Assembly: GCA_964623925.1 (NCBI GenBank)
Contig: CAZUVT010000003.1
Span: forward strand, 1-36,270
DNA from: an uncultured Erysipelotrichaceae bacterium
GTDB lineage: Bacteria; Bacillota_I; Bacilli_A; Erysipelotrichales; Erysipelotrichaceae
Length of the DNA: 36,270 nucleotides
Direction of reading: 5' to 3'
Every line of letters begins with the position of its first letter. Position 1 is the first letter of the stretch. Both the position numbers and the translations under genes were made by a program. Positions 1 through 9,384 of this stretch are shown here, piece by piece. The notes under the pieces were generated by a model, which was given only the letters and a program-made list of their open reading frames with translations, was not told where the DNA came from and made no database searches.

Positions 1-19
1 CAATTAGGGTTTAAATAGT

Positions 20-304
20 TCATTTTTTCTGTCTACTTTCTGTTGACAAGTTCACTTTCAGAATCTTATCATTTTCCTGATGAATCTGATTCAGCTTTTC
101 GGCACAGTTGTGAATTGTTTGAATAACCGCATCTTTTGACATTTCTGCATGGATCGGAGGCTTTGTCAAATTACGCGCCAATGTTATATTGTTAAGGTAT
201 AACTGATGTAGTCTTTCCATTTCAATCACATCCCAATCTTGAATATCCTGTTTTGTTCTTATTTCATCTTCAATAAGTTTACCATGTAATTTTCTTCTTA
301 TCAA
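20..304 (-). CDS. hypothetical small protein (94 aa)
   Basis: Open frame from the six-frame track. The annotated start is a TTG with no obvious SD. An internal ATG (MERLHQ, about 220) has a weak SD. No recognisable motifs. Confidence 0.3.
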   Translation of the reverse strand: MIRRKLHGKLIEDEIRTKQDIQDWDVIEMERLHQLYLNNITLARNLTKPPIHAEMSKDAVIQTIHNCAEKLNQIHQENDKILKVNLSTESRQKK

Positions 305-411
305 GGCAGGATTTTTTTCAATTCCTTACTATATTTCATTTAAAAAGTGACCTCCAATAGTTGATCTAACTTTTGGGGGCCACTACATTCAGACTCTGTT
401 TGATTTAAGAT

Positions 412-1533
412 TTATTGTTCAATGATTTCATATCCCTGGTAATGACCATGCAGACGATATACCTGGTTTGAAACATTGAAGATATCACTGATAATGATCG
501 TATCTTCTACGACCAATTCTTTAGAAATCGAAATCATATCCAATCCATTATTTTCTTCAACACGATAGTCATGTTCTTTAATCAAGATGACGAATTCGAT
601 CAGATCTTCAATCTTATCAAATCCAACGCGATGAACGATCTTGATCGGCTGATTGTCATGATATACATGATTAAAGCCAATATTTGCATCTAAGATCTTA
701 TCGATCATTTCATATGAAAGGTATGGATATAAATCGCTTACTTCATAAACAGTACCGGAATAACGAAGTTCCTCATCTTTTTGCTGATTACCGCGAACGA
801 AATCACTGAAATCATTATTATCTTTGATCTCCTGTTCGACTTCATTCAAGATCTTTCCCTGCAGATCTTTATCTGCCGATTCAGTATCTTCTGATTCCTC
901 AGCTTCCATTTCTGCTACATTTAACTCCTCAAAATAATCAGGAACGATCAGATTTTCCTCTTGAACCGGCTCTTCTTCCTGCATATTTGTAACCTGATCT
1001 TCTATTTTCACTTCTTCTGCCGGACTCTCTGTAACTTCAACGGTTTCTTCTTCAACAGGAAGCAAAGATTCATTTTCTTCCTGAACAGCTTCAGCTTCGG
1101 ATTCATCTTCTACAGGTTCTTCTGTAATTTCCTGTACCTCTTCCTCAGTAACGGATTCTTGAACTTCTTCTACCGGTTCAAAATTTTCTTCCACAATTGT
1201 TTCTTCAGAATTTAACTCATTATGTAATTCTTCTGCCTTTGGCTCAGTCATCAGATCGGAAACAGTTTCTTCTTCTTTTAAAACAACTTCTTCAATTACT
1301 TCCGGTTTTACTTCTGCTTCCGTTTTATCTTCTTCCATAGGAACAGTCTCTTCTTTTTCCTCTTGAGGATCTTCTGTTGAATCATTATAACTATCCGGTT
1401 CATCATGTTCCTTCTTTAAATCAATCAGTTTGATCTCAGGAGTTTCGCTTTTTTCTTCTTCCTTATCCTTGGATAGAAGATAAATCACAGCTCCGGCAGC
1501 AACCAAAGCCATTGTAAACAACGATTTTTTCAT
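412..1533 (-). CDS. membrane-anchored, extremely acidic (Glu-rich) protein with globular C-terminal domain
   Basis: N-terminal hydrophobic helix (FTMALVAAGAVIYLL). Then about 200 aa of E/D-rich low complexity, then a non-repetitive C-terminal roughly 130 aa. GGAGG sits 8 nt upstream of the ATG at 1533. Confidence 0.55.
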   Translation of the reverse strand: MKKSLFTMALVAAGAVIYLLSKDKEEEKSETPEIKLIDLKKEHDEPDSYNDSTEDPQEEKEETVPMEEDKTEAEVKPEVIEEVVLKEEETVSDLMTEPKAEELHNELNSEETIVEENFEPVEEVQESVTEEEVQEITEEPVEDESEAEAVQEENESLLPVEEETVEVTESPAEEVKIEDQVTNMQEEEPVQEENLIVPDYFEELNVAEMEAEESEDTESADKDLQGKILNEVEQEIKDNNDFSDFVRGNQQKDEELRYSGTVYEVSDLYPYLSYEMIDKILDANIGFNHVYHDNQPIKIVHRVGFDKIEDLIEFVILIKEHDYRVEENNGLDMISISKELVVEDTIIISDIFNVSNQVYRLHGHYQGYEIIEQ

Positions 1534-1589
1534 ACCAATTTCCTCCTAATCTATATTTTATTTTATCATATTCGACAAAACTTTTAAAC

Positions 1590-2174
1590 TTATTTATTCC
1601 CGTTTTTAATAATCATAATGCCATCTCCGACATTTTTTAAGAAAGTTACATGATATTTTTCATTTACTTGAATCTCATCTCTGAATTTTTTGATTTTTCT
1701 GATCATCTGACGGGTATTCCGATTCTCAGTAAGAGACGGATCATCAACCATTCCATGGAAATTCAGATTATCAACGACAACGATTCCCTCTTCTTTCAAA
1801 TTCCCTGCAAAATGGTCCAGATAACGCTGTGTCTGAGATTTTGCCGCATCGATAAATATCAGGTCAAATTTCTTTTCTGTTTCATACAACATGGCATCCA
1901 TCAGCACGGCATGGATCTGATCTTCCAGATGAGCCTCCCTGATATTGATGAGCGCCTGTTGATATCTTTCTTCATCGATTTCCAAGGTCGTCACACAAAT
2001 ATCTTTGCGGATCTCTGCCATTTTGATTGCCGAATATCCGATTGCTGTTCCCAACTCAAGAATATCCCGGATCTGATTTTCTCTAATTAACTGACAAAGC
2101 AGTTCGATCCCGTCTTTCATCATGATCGGCACCTTGTTATTCTGAGCAAATTTCTCTATTTCATCGTATTTCAT
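1590..2174 (-). CDS. class I SAM-dependent O-methyltransferase (YrrM/TrmR-like)
   Basis: Glycine-rich SAM loop ILELGTAIGYSA and the acidic DLIFIDAAK motif typical of O-methyltransferase family 3. The start probably lies at the internal MKYDEIEK (ATG 2174, preceded by GAGGG) rather than the track start at 2213. Confidence 0.75.
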   Translation of the reverse strand: MKYDEIEKFAQNNKVPIMMKDGIELLCQLIRENQIRDILELGTAIGYSAIKMAEIRKDICVTTLEIDEERYQQALINIREAHLEDQIHAVLMDAMLYETEKKFDLIFIDAAKSQTQRYLDHFAGNLKEEGIVVVDNLNFHGMVDDPSLTENRNTRQMIRKIKKFRDEIQVNEKYHVTFLKNVGDGIMIIKNGNK

Positions 2175-2299
2175 TTTTTCCCTCGAACCCGGTTTGACTC
2201 TATTATTATACAATAATTTTTATAAAATTGGAAAACTCTTTTATCATTCCGCCATGCTGTACACATCCTTTCCTAGTGAGATTCTCAAATCTTCTATCG

Positions 2300-2328
2300 T
2301 TGACAAGTCAAAATGGCAATGCTATAAT
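2300..2328 (+). promoter_or_regulatory. sigma-A type promoter (TTGACA-17-TATAAT) driving T-box leader/trpB
   Basis: TTGACA at 2300-2305 and TATAAT at 2323-2328, exactly 17 nt apart, read directly from the sequence. Confidence 0.6.
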
Positions 2329-2334
2329 GTACAT

Positions 2335-2617
2335 GAACAAACCGTTGAAGCGGAGATAACGGCAATGATGCCTATACAGAGAGTCTGGGATGCTGAGAAC
2401 CGGGCAAGAAACAAGTTGTCAAATGGACCGCGGAGGGTGCAGTCAAATGTGGTAAATCACAGAGTATTCTGCAACGTTGTAGGCAGACGTAACTTGCCGG
2501 GGATATGTTGGTATCCTGCTAAGCGCATAGGGTCATTCCTATGAAACAAGGTGGCACCGCGGATAAAAGATTTATTCGTCCTTGATAGAAAGCGTTTTTC
2601 TGTCAAGGGCGTTTTTA
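2335..2617 (+). promoter_or_regulatory. T-box riboswitch leader (probable Trp specifier) with intrinsic terminator
   Basis: Conserved T-box sequence AACAAGGTGGCACCGCGG at about 2545-2562. A terminator hairpin (CCTTGATAG...CTGTCAAGG) at 2580-2608 is followed by GCGTTTTTA and overlaps the T-box antiterminator region. An AGAGA box is followed by a UGG at 2386-2388. The downstream gene is trpB. Confidence 0.7.
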
Positions 2618-2680
2618 TTTCTAAACTTCCTTGAAGAAAGAGAAATCAAAGGAGCATTCCTTTATTCAGGAGGTCAAAGA

Positions 2681-2758
2681 ATGAAACATGTCAAACGATG
2701 GTGGCGCATCGCGCCAAATTACAGAACGATCAGAAATGATGAAACCAACCATAAATAA
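2681..2758 (+). CDS. candidate 25-aa leader peptide [25 protein letters not shown] with tandem Trp codons
   Basis: AGGAGG at 2668-2673, 7 nt before ATG 2681. Codons 7 and 8 are both TGG. It lies between the T-box terminator and the trpB RBS. It is too short for the ORF track, so I translated it by hand. Confidence 0.35.
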   Translation: MKHVKRWWRIAPNYRTIRNDETNHK

Positions 2759-2781
2759 AACGTGAACAGGAGGAAAAAAAT

Positions 2782-4002
2782 ATGAAATTTAACAACATCG
2801 AATTTGACACATACTTAAAAGATTATCCAAACGAAAACGGCTTTTTCGGAAAATACGGCGGATCCTTTATCCCGGAAGAATTGCAGGAAGCAATGGATGA
2901 AATCGCAGAAGCATATAATCGGCTGTCTAAATCCAGTGAATTTATCTCTGAACTAAAACGAATCAGAAAAGAGTTTCAGGGACGTCCTACCCCAATCTCT
3001 CATTTAAAACGGCTATCCGATGAGATCGGAAACGGTGCACAGCTTTATGTCAAGCGCGAAGATTTAAATCATACCGGAGCTCACAAGCTGAATCACTGCA
3101 TGGGTGAAGCTCTTCTTGCCAAATATATGGGAAAGAAAAAAGTCATTGCCGAAACCGGTGCCGGACAACACGGTGTTGCTTTAGCCACGGCTGCTGCTTA
3201 TTTCGGCTTGGAATGTGATATCTACATGGGTGCTGTCGACATCAAGAAACAAGCTCCGAATGTAGCCAGAATGAAAATCCTCGGTGCCCGGGTCATTGAA
3301 GTAACCGATGGATTGCAGACTTTAAAAGAAGCGGTAGATGCTGCCTTTGCAGCTTACTGCAAAGAATATAAAACAGCGATCTACTGCATCGGTTCTGTTG
3401 TAGGACCTCATCCATTCCCGCTTATGGTCCGCGATTTCCAAAGCATCGTCGGTATCGAGGCAAGAGAACAATTTCTTGAAATGACCGGAAATCTTCCGGA
3501 TGCCGTTGTAGCCTGTGTCGGCGGAGGATCCAATGCCATGGGACTTTTCAGTGGTTTCTTAAACGACCCGATCGATATTTACGGAATCGAACCTTTAGGC
3601 AGAGGTACTACTCTAGGCGATCATGCCGCAAGCTTGACTTATGGAAAAGAAGGAATCATGCATGGCTTCAACAGCATTATGCTGAAAGATGAAAATGGTG
3701 ATCCGGCACCGGTCTATTCAGTCGCCAGCGGATTAGATTACCCTTCCTGCGGACCGGAACATGCCTTCCTTCACGATTTAGGAAGAGTAAAATATGATGT
3801 TGTCGATGATGAAGAAACGATCAACGCATTTTATGCTCTATCCAAATTAGAGGGGATCATTCCGGCTATTGAAAGCTCCCATGCCGTTGCCTATGGCATC
3901 AAATTAGCCAAGAAAATGAAAAAAGGAGCAATCCTGATCAATCTTTCCGGCAGGGGTGATAAAGATATGGACTATGTCATCGAACATTACGGAATTCGCT
4001 AG
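2782..4002 (+). CDS. trpB: tryptophan synthase beta chain (TrpB1-like, PLP-dependent)
   Basis: [12 protein letters not shown]-lysine motif, GAGQHGVA and the GGGSNA glycine loop. [12 protein letters not shown]...[14 protein letters not shown] matches the TrpB core. Strong RBS AGGAGGAAAAAAAT. No trpA is adjacent. Confidence 0.9.
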   Translation: MKFNNIEFDTYLKDYPNENGFFGKYGGSFIPEELQEAMDEIAEAYNRLSKSSEFISELKRIRKEFQGRPTPISHLKRLSDEIGNGAQLYVKREDLNHTGAHKLNHCMGEALLAKYMGKKKVIAETGAGQHGVALATAAAYFGLECDIYMGAVDIKKQAPNVARMKILGARVIEVTDGLQTLKEAVDAAFAAYCKEYKTAIYCIGSVVGPHPFPLMVRDFQSIVGIEAREQFLEMTGNLPDAVVACVGGGSNAMGLFSGFLNDPIDIYGIEPLGRGTTLGDHAASLTYGKEGIMHGFNSIMLKDENGDPAPVYSVASGLDYPSCGPEHAFLHDLGRVKYDVVDDEETINAFYALSKLEGIIPAIESSHAVAYGIKLAKKMKKGAILINLSGRGDKDMDYVIEHYGIR

Positions 4003-4019
4003 ATCATTCAAAATTTAAA

Positions 4020-4052
4020 AGAACTCTTCATTCTGATATGAAGAGTTTTTTA
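4020..4052 (+). terminator. rho-independent terminator after trpB
   Basis: AACTCTTCAT / ATGAAGAGTT 10-bp stem with a TCTGAT loop, followed by a T run. Confidence 0.7.
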
Positions 4053-4108
4053 TTCGCACTTGCATTTTTAATCATGAAACAGTATAGTATTTAAAAAGGA
4101 GTTGACTT

Positions 4109-4417
4109 ATGAAAATTATCAGAACCGATGAAATCGATGCCTTTTTTGAAAGATGTATCCGCAACATGCAAAATGATGCAATGAATGAATATGTCGGCGT
4201 GATCATTCAATCTCCTGAAGAGGAAGAGGAAATAAAACAGGAGTTGCATGACTTAGGCGATCCGGAATTTCAGGGTGATAAAGAAAACTGGCCGTCACTT
4301 TATCTGGACATCGACTACTATACAAAAACACCCTATAACACAAATATCCATTTAGATAAGATTTCCGATCACGGCTTCAGTTTGCCGCAGAGACGATGCC
4401 GGCCCATGAACTTTTGA
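4109..4417 (+). CDS. hypothetical protein (102 aa), acidic
   Basis: AAGGAG RBS 7 nt before the ATG. No recognisable domain. It overlaps the next ORF by 22 nt in a different frame. Confidence 0.4.
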   Translation: MKIIRTDEIDAFFERCIRNMQNDAMNEYVGVIIQSPEEEEEIKQELHDLGDPEFQGDKENWPSLYLDIDYYTKTPYNTNIHLDKISDHGFSLPQRRCRPMNF

Positions 4418-5136
4418 ATATGACCTTTATTCAGCCGGATCCAAATCGCGAATTGAATGATTATATGATCCTTCGCGCCTTTAATAAACCCTATACGGCA
4501 ACAGCGCTTCGGCAGAACGGTGAATTCTGGATGACCGATAATCCGGCAGAAGCCAACACAACTGATCCCTGTGTCGAAAAAGCACATGGAAATGTTCTGA
4601 CTTTTGGTCTTGGGATCGGATACTTTGTTTATATGTGTCTGTTAAAGCCCGAAGTAAGATCCGTAACGGTGGTGGAACTATCCGAATCCGTAATCAAGAT
4701 GTTTAAGAAATACATCCTGCCGCAATTTCCAAAAGACAAGGAAGTCCGGATCATTCACGGCAATGCCTTTGATTATTTCAATCAGGAATTTGTGAATCAG
4801 TTTGATTATACCTTCGTGGATGTCTGGAAAAATCATGAAGATGGTTATGGCATGATTGAAAAAATGCTCGAACAGTATCTGCCGCCTTATGAACAGGTTG
4901 ATTTCTGGATCGAATCTACCTGCTTTGAATTCATCACTAGTATGATCTGTCTTTACTTCAATAACATCTCACAAGGTTTAAAAACTCCAAGAAATCGAAG
5001 ATTTCAGAAACAATATAAAAAGATTCACGCTTATTTTGAGAAAATTGATAAGACCGTGGATCATGTTGATGAATTGAAAAACTACATGTATGATCCGAAG
5101 ATCCTTCGTGAAATCGTATCCATGAATACCAAATAA
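4396..5136 (+). CDS. spermidine synthase-like / class I SAM-MTase-fold protein
   Basis: The pattern VLTFGLGIGY ... VTVVELSESVIKMFKKY ... EVRIIHGNAFDYF ... FDYTFVDVW parallels the aminopropyltransferase (SpeE) motif spacing (GGGDGG-like loop, then VEID, then D/E). The N-terminal tetramerisation region is absent. The RBS is weak. Confidence 0.45.
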   Translation: MPAHELLNMTFIQPDPNRELNDYMILRAFNKPYTATALRQNGEFWMTDNPAEANTTDPCVEKAHGNVLTFGLGIGYFVYMCLLKPEVRSVTVVELSESVIKMFKKYILPQFPKDKEVRIIHGNAFDYFNQEFVNQFDYTFVDVWKNHEDGYGMIEKMLEQYLPPYEQVDFWIESTCFEFITSMICLYFNNISQGLKTPRNRRFQKQYKKIHAYFEKIDKTVDHVDELKNYMYDPKILREIVSMNTK

Positions 5137-5199
5137 AAAAGAGGATGTAACTGTTAGAATCGTTTGATTTAAAACTTTTCTATCATGTTATCCCTCTTT

Positions 5200-5988
5200 T
5201 TATTTTGAATTTTCTCTTTGTTTATAAGCATATGCCAGATTTTGAACTACGATTCCCTCAATGACCTGCATCAGGTAGGGATTGGCGGCAAGATAAGGCG
5301 TAGAAGCATTAAATTGAATTATTTCATCCACATATCCATTCACCTGATTATTTTCATTGGTTGTGATCATATAGATCTTCGGCTTTTGCCCTTTGGAAAA
5401 AGAAAGCCGATCATAATTAGTAAAATAGTATCCTCCGTAGCTGAAAATCACAATACAATCATTTTCATCTGCCTTTTTCATAAACTCTTTCTGCTGAGAA
5501 AAACTGACTTTGGTCGTCACGATCTTTCCAAGCATCAACATATCATGCTGAAAGTTCATCGCTGCGCTTTCGGCCTTCAAAAGCCCAAAAGCTGCAATGC
5601 GCGGATATTTCATCAGATCTTCCGCAAGACGGTCAAATACCGCATAATCAAGCGATTCCACCATTGTCTTGATTCCATCTTGGATCATGGAAACAAACTC
5701 TTCGCTTCTTTCTTTTGTCGTCTCCTTTTGAGAAAGGAGACGATAACTTAATTCTGAGGATCGAAGAAGATCTTTCAGTTCGACAAAATCATGCAGTCCG
5801 ATATCTTTGCAGAATCGACTGATCGAACTGTTGGAAACATAACAGCCCTGAGCCAGTTCAACGATCGTCATTCGTTTTACCGATTCCAGATTTTCCAGAA
5901 TATAAGAGGCAATCTGACAATTCGTCGAATCATCTTTCTGACTTGCGATCGTTGAAAGCAAATAGATCGGCATTCTTCCATCTCCCAT
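5200..5988 (-). CDS. RpiR/MurR family transcriptional regulator (HTH_6 + SIS domain)
   Basis: N-terminal HTH (MTIVELAQGCYVSNSSISRFCKDIG) followed by a SIS-type phosphosugar-binding fold. Confidence 0.85.
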   Translation of the reverse strand: MGDGRMPIYLLSTIASQKDDSTNCQIASYILENLESVKRMTIVELAQGCYVSNSSISRFCKDIGLHDFVELKDLLRSSELSYRLLSQKETTKERSEEFVSMIQDGIKTMVESLDYAVFDRLAEDLMKYPRIAAFGLLKAESAAMNFQHDMLMLGKIVTTKVSFSQQKEFMKKADENDCIVIFSYGGYYFTNYDRLSFSKGQKPKIYMITTNENNQVNGYVDEIIQFNASTPYLAANPYLMQVIEGIVVQNLAYAYKQRENSK

Positions 5989-6012
5989 TTTTTCACCCCT
6001 TCCTAAGCTGAA

Positions 6013-6034
6013 AGAAGCTGCATATCTGCAGCTT
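6013..6034 (-). promoter_or_regulatory. perfect 9-bp-stem hairpin between aminopeptidase and rpiR-like gene (possible attenuator/terminator)
   Basis: GAAGCTGCA-gata-TGCAGCTTC. The U-tract is weak, so its function is uncertain. Confidence 0.25.
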
Positions 6035-6043
6035 CATGTAAAA

Positions 6044-7423
6044 TTATTCTGCTTTTTCCAAGAATACTTTATAAGCACACATCGCTTCATAAACATCGAT
6101 CTTGCTTACAACTTCCCATGGTGCATGCATGTTCTGTACGGCAACACCCATATCAATGCAATCCATGCCATATTGAGCACAGATATAAGCGATGGTTCCG
6201 CCGCCTCCGACATCAACCGCTCCGAGTTCAGATGTCTGATAGGCTACTTCTGCTTCATCAAATATTTTTCTCAACTGCGCAATGAATTCCGGACGAGCAT
6301 CATTCGCCCCGCCTTTGCCGCGCGATCCGGTGAATTTAACCATAACGATTCCTTTTGAGAAGAATGAAGTATTCTTCATTTCATTTACACCCGGATAATT
6401 CGGATCATAAGCTGCTGCAACATCACTGCTCAGCATCTTGGAGTTAGCAAGTGCTCGGCGAACTGCCAATTCACTGTACTGCCCGCATTTATTCATGACT
6501 TCAGCCACTGTATTCTCAAAGAATTTTGAATGAGCCCCGGTTGCACCGATACTTCCGACTTCTTCTTTATCTGTCAATAAGCAGACGCCTGTTCTATTCA
6601 GCTCTTTGGCATTCAATAATCCGGCTAAAGAAGTATAGGCACAGACTCTGTCATCATGACCGTAACCCATGATCATACCGCGATCAAATCCAAGATCTCT
6701 TGCACATCCTGCCGGTACGACTTCCAGCTCGGCACTCAAGAAATCTTCCTCATCAAAGCCGTATTTTTCTTCCAACAGTTTCAAGATATTGGCTTTAACA
6801 GAATGCTTTTCCTCTTCTTTTAATGGAATGCATCCAACTGTCACATTCAATGCTTCTCCGTCAATTACCTTGCCTGCCGGCTTTGACATCTGATCACCGG
6901 CCAAATGGATAAGAAGATCGGAAATCTCAACGACCGGATCAGAAATCTCTTCTCCAATGACGACATTCACAGTTGTTCCGTCTTTCTTGCAGACGACACC
7001 ATGGATAGCTAAAGGTGTTGCGACCCACTGATATTTCTTGATACCGCCATAATAATGTGTATCCAATAAGGCAATATCCTGATCCTCATATAAAGGATTC
7101 TGCTTAACATCAATACGAGGCGAATCGATATGAGCGCCTAGAATATTCAATCCTTTTTCTAAATTTTCTTTACCGATCACAAATAATGCCAAAGTCTTAT
7201 TCATCAGATGTGCATAAACTTTATCTCCGGCTTTTAATGTTTCAAATTCATCTAAGCTCTTGAATCCATTCTCACGAGCCAATCGGATACTTTCGGTAAC
7301 ACATTCTCTTTCTGTCTTGCAGTCAGAGATAAACTTTTTATAGTCTTCATTAAAGCTCATGACCTCAGCCAATTTTGCTTCATCGCATCTCAACCATGCA
7401 TTTTTGCGTTCAATTTTTCCCAT
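6044..7423 (-). CDS. M18-family aminopeptidase (aminopeptidase I-like zinc metallopeptidase)
   Basis: The length (459 aa) and the GYGHDDRVC / HxD metal-ligand region fit the M18/M42 fold. GAGGAAAAATA RBS. Confidence 0.7.
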   Translation of the reverse strand: MGKIERKNAWLRCDEAKLAEVMSFNEDYKKFISDCKTERECVTESIRLARENGFKSLDEFETLKAGDKVYAHLMNKTLALFVIGKENLEKGLNILGAHIDSPRIDVKQNPLYEDQDIALLDTHYYGGIKKYQWVATPLAIHGVVCKKDGTTVNVVIGEEISDPVVEISDLLIHLAGDQMSKPAGKVIDGEALNVTVGCIPLKEEEKHSVKANILKLLEEKYGFDEEDFLSAELEVVPAGCARDLGFDRGMIMGYGHDDRVCAYTSLAGLLNAKELNRTGVCLLTDKEEVGSIGATGAHSKFFENTVAEVMNKCGQYSELAVRRALANSKMLSSDVAAAYDPNYPGVNEMKNTSFFSKGIVMVKFTGSRGKGGANDARPEFIAQLRKIFDEAEVAYQTSELGAVDVGGGGTIAYICAQYGMDCIDMGVAVQNMHAPWEVVSKIDVYEAMCAYKVFLEKAE

Positions 7424-7438
7424 TATTTTTCCTCTTTT

Positions 7439-9349
7439 CTATCGAATGATCGTTCCTTTAGGAAGATCGACTTCTACTACTTTGATTTTTCCATCTGCTT
7501 CTCCGGCTAAGATCATTCCCTGACTTTCCACTCCGCGAAGTTTAGCAGCTGCCAGATTGCTGATGACGACAACTTTCTTACCGACCATCTCTTCCGGCTT
7601 ATAACTGGATGCGATACCACTGACGATCTGACGGGTTTCATAACCCAGATCGATCTGTGATACCAGCAGCTTATCTGCCTTTGGATGCTTTTCACAGGCA
7701 ATGACTTCACCGACTGTCATTTCAACCTTGCCGAAATCATCAATCGTAATTTCCGGTTTTGTCTGCGGCTTTTGGATCTGAGGCTTGCTTTCAGCGACAA
7801 TCTTTTCCAAGACTTCTTTTTCATCCAATCTTGCAAACAGGATCTCTGCTTTATTCAAAGTAATTCCGTTTTCCAGCTGACCAAATGTTCCGACTGTTTC
7901 AAAATCTCTCTTCTCTGTATTCAGCTGATCCAAGATCTTCTTTGAAGTTTCCGGCAAGAACGGCTCCAACAAGACAGCCGAAGTACGGATGCATTCAAGC
8001 AGATTATACAAAACGGTTGCCAGACGAGTTTTTTTGCTTTCATCTTTACCAAGTGTCCAGGGGGTCGTTTCATCGATATACTTATTGCTTCTTCTAAGAA
8101 GGGTGAAGATATCATCGATGGCATCAGCCACACGCAACTGATTCATCTTCTCTTCAACTTTTGCAGGCAAAGAAGCACACATTTCAATCAGTTCTTCATC
8201 AATCGCTTCTTTTTCATTGGTGTTTTCGACTAAACCGCCGAAATACTTATGGCTCATCGTGATCGTACGATTGACTAAGTTTCCAAGAATATTCGCCAAA
8301 TCCGAATTGATGCGTTCAATAATCAATTCATGAGTGACCGTTCCATCTTGGGCAAAAGGCATTTCATGCAGCATGATATATCGAACTGCATCCACACCAA
8401 AATGACGCACAAGATCATCGGCATAGATTACATTTCCCTTGGATTTGCTCATCTTTCCTTCGCCGACCAGCAGCCATGGATGACCGAAAACCTGCTTAGG
8501 AAGTGGCAGATCCAGTGCCATCAGCATGATCGGCCAGTAAATCGTATGGAATCTTAAGATATCCTTTCCAATCAAATGAACATCAGCCGGCCAGTATTTC
8601 TCATAAAGTTCACCGTGATTTCCATCCATATCAAACCCCAATCCGGTGATATAGTTGGATAAGGCATCGATCCAGACATAGACAACATGACGATCATCAA
8701 AGTCAACCGGAACGCCCCATTTGAAAGAAGTTCTGGATACACACAGATCCTGCAAGCCCGGCTTGATGAAATTGTTGATCATTTCATTCTTTCTCGATTC
8801 AGGCTGAATAAAATCCGGATGTTCCTCGATATGTTTCAATAAACGGTCTGCATATTTGCTCATCTTAAAGAAATAAGCTTCTTCTTTAGCTTTCTGAACA
8901 GGCCTTCCGCAATCCGGACATTTTCCGTCAACCAACTGAGATTCGGTATAGAAAGATTCACAAGGAGTGCAATACCACCCTTCATATTCTCCCTTGTAAA
9001 TATCGCCCTGCTCATACAATTTCTTAAACATCTTTTGAACCTGCTTTTTATGATATGCATCTGTCGTTCTCATGAAACGATCATATGAGGTATTCATCAG
9101 ATCCCAGATATCCTTGATCTGTCCTGCCGCATTATCTACAAATGCCTGTGGTTCAAGGTTAGCAGCTTTCGCCTTCTCTTCGATTTTTTGACCATGCTCA
9201 TCTGTTCCGGTCTGGAAATAGACATCATAGCCTGCATCTCTTTTATAGCGGGCAATCGCATCGGCAAGTACGATCTCATATGTATTTCCGATATGCGGCT
9301 TTCCGGATGCATAGGCAATTGCCGTTGTAATATAATACTTTCCTTTCAT
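7439..9349 (-). CDS. metG: methionyl-tRNA synthetase with C-terminal tRNA-binding (EMAP-like) domain
   Basis: HIGH motif (GKPHIGN), KMSKS motif (KMSKSKGN) and a zinc knuckle CPDCG. The C-terminal about 100 aa forms an OB-fold tRNA-binding domain. Confidence 0.95.
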   Translation of the reverse strand: MKGKYYITTAIAYASGKPHIGNTYEIVLADAIARYKRDAGYDVYFQTGTDEHGQKIEEKAKAANLEPQAFVDNAAGQIKDIWDLMNTSYDRFMRTTDAYHKKQVQKMFKKLYEQGDIYKGEYEGWYCTPCESFYTESQLVDGKCPDCGRPVQKAKEEAYFFKMSKYADRLLKHIEEHPDFIQPESRKNEMINNFIKPGLQDLCVSRTSFKWGVPVDFDDRHVVYVWIDALSNYITGLGFDMDGNHGELYEKYWPADVHLIGKDILRFHTIYWPIMLMALDLPLPKQVFGHPWLLVGEGKMSKSKGNVIYADDLVRHFGVDAVRYIMLHEMPFAQDGTVTHELIIERINSDLANILGNLVNRTITMSHKYFGGLVENTNEKEAIDEELIEMCASLPAKVEEKMNQLRVADAIDDIFTLLRRSNKYIDETTPWTLGKDESKKTRLATVLYNLLECIRTSAVLLEPFLPETSKKILDQLNTEKRDFETVGTFGQLENGITLNKAEILFARLDEKEVLEKIVAESKPQIQKPQTKPEITIDDFGKVEMTVGEVIACEKHPKADKLLVSQIDLGYETRQIVSGIASSYKPEEMVGKKVVVISNLAAAKLRGVESQGMILAGEADGKIKVVEVDLPKGTIIR

Positions 9350-9384
9350 TTACATTCCTCCTTAATAAATAGAACTTTTGATAA

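Noticed and set aside
961-1215. 84-aa ORF antisense to the acidic protein gene (F/L-rich)
   Set aside because: It is an antisense read of the GAA/GAG-rich tract, which gives a TTC-rich low-complexity translation. Typical spurious ORF.
1650-2090. 146-aa ORF antisense to the methyltransferase gene
   Set aside because: It is embedded opposite a well-supported CDS and has no RBS or motif.
2194-2544. 116-aa plus-strand ORF from the track
   Set aside because: It lies entirely within the T-box leader RNA upstream of trpB and has no RBS. It is better explained as non-coding regulatory RNA.
5218-5751. 177-aa ORF antisense to the RpiR gene, plus other antisense or embedded ORFs (6125..6358, 6669..6893, 7513..8133 set, 8330..8557, 8860..9318 set, 11053..13779 set, 14813..15178, 18011..18202, 18532..18756, 19308..19901 set, 20613..20909, 21119..21753 set, 23753..24111, 25466..25717, 27434..28009, 28247..28450, 28847..29307, 29443..30026, 30617..30916, 30961..31167, 31615..31836, 33580..33849, 34059..34262, 35254..35514)
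   Set aside because: All overlap stronger CDSs on the opposite strand or in another frame, and lack SD sequences and recognisable motifs.
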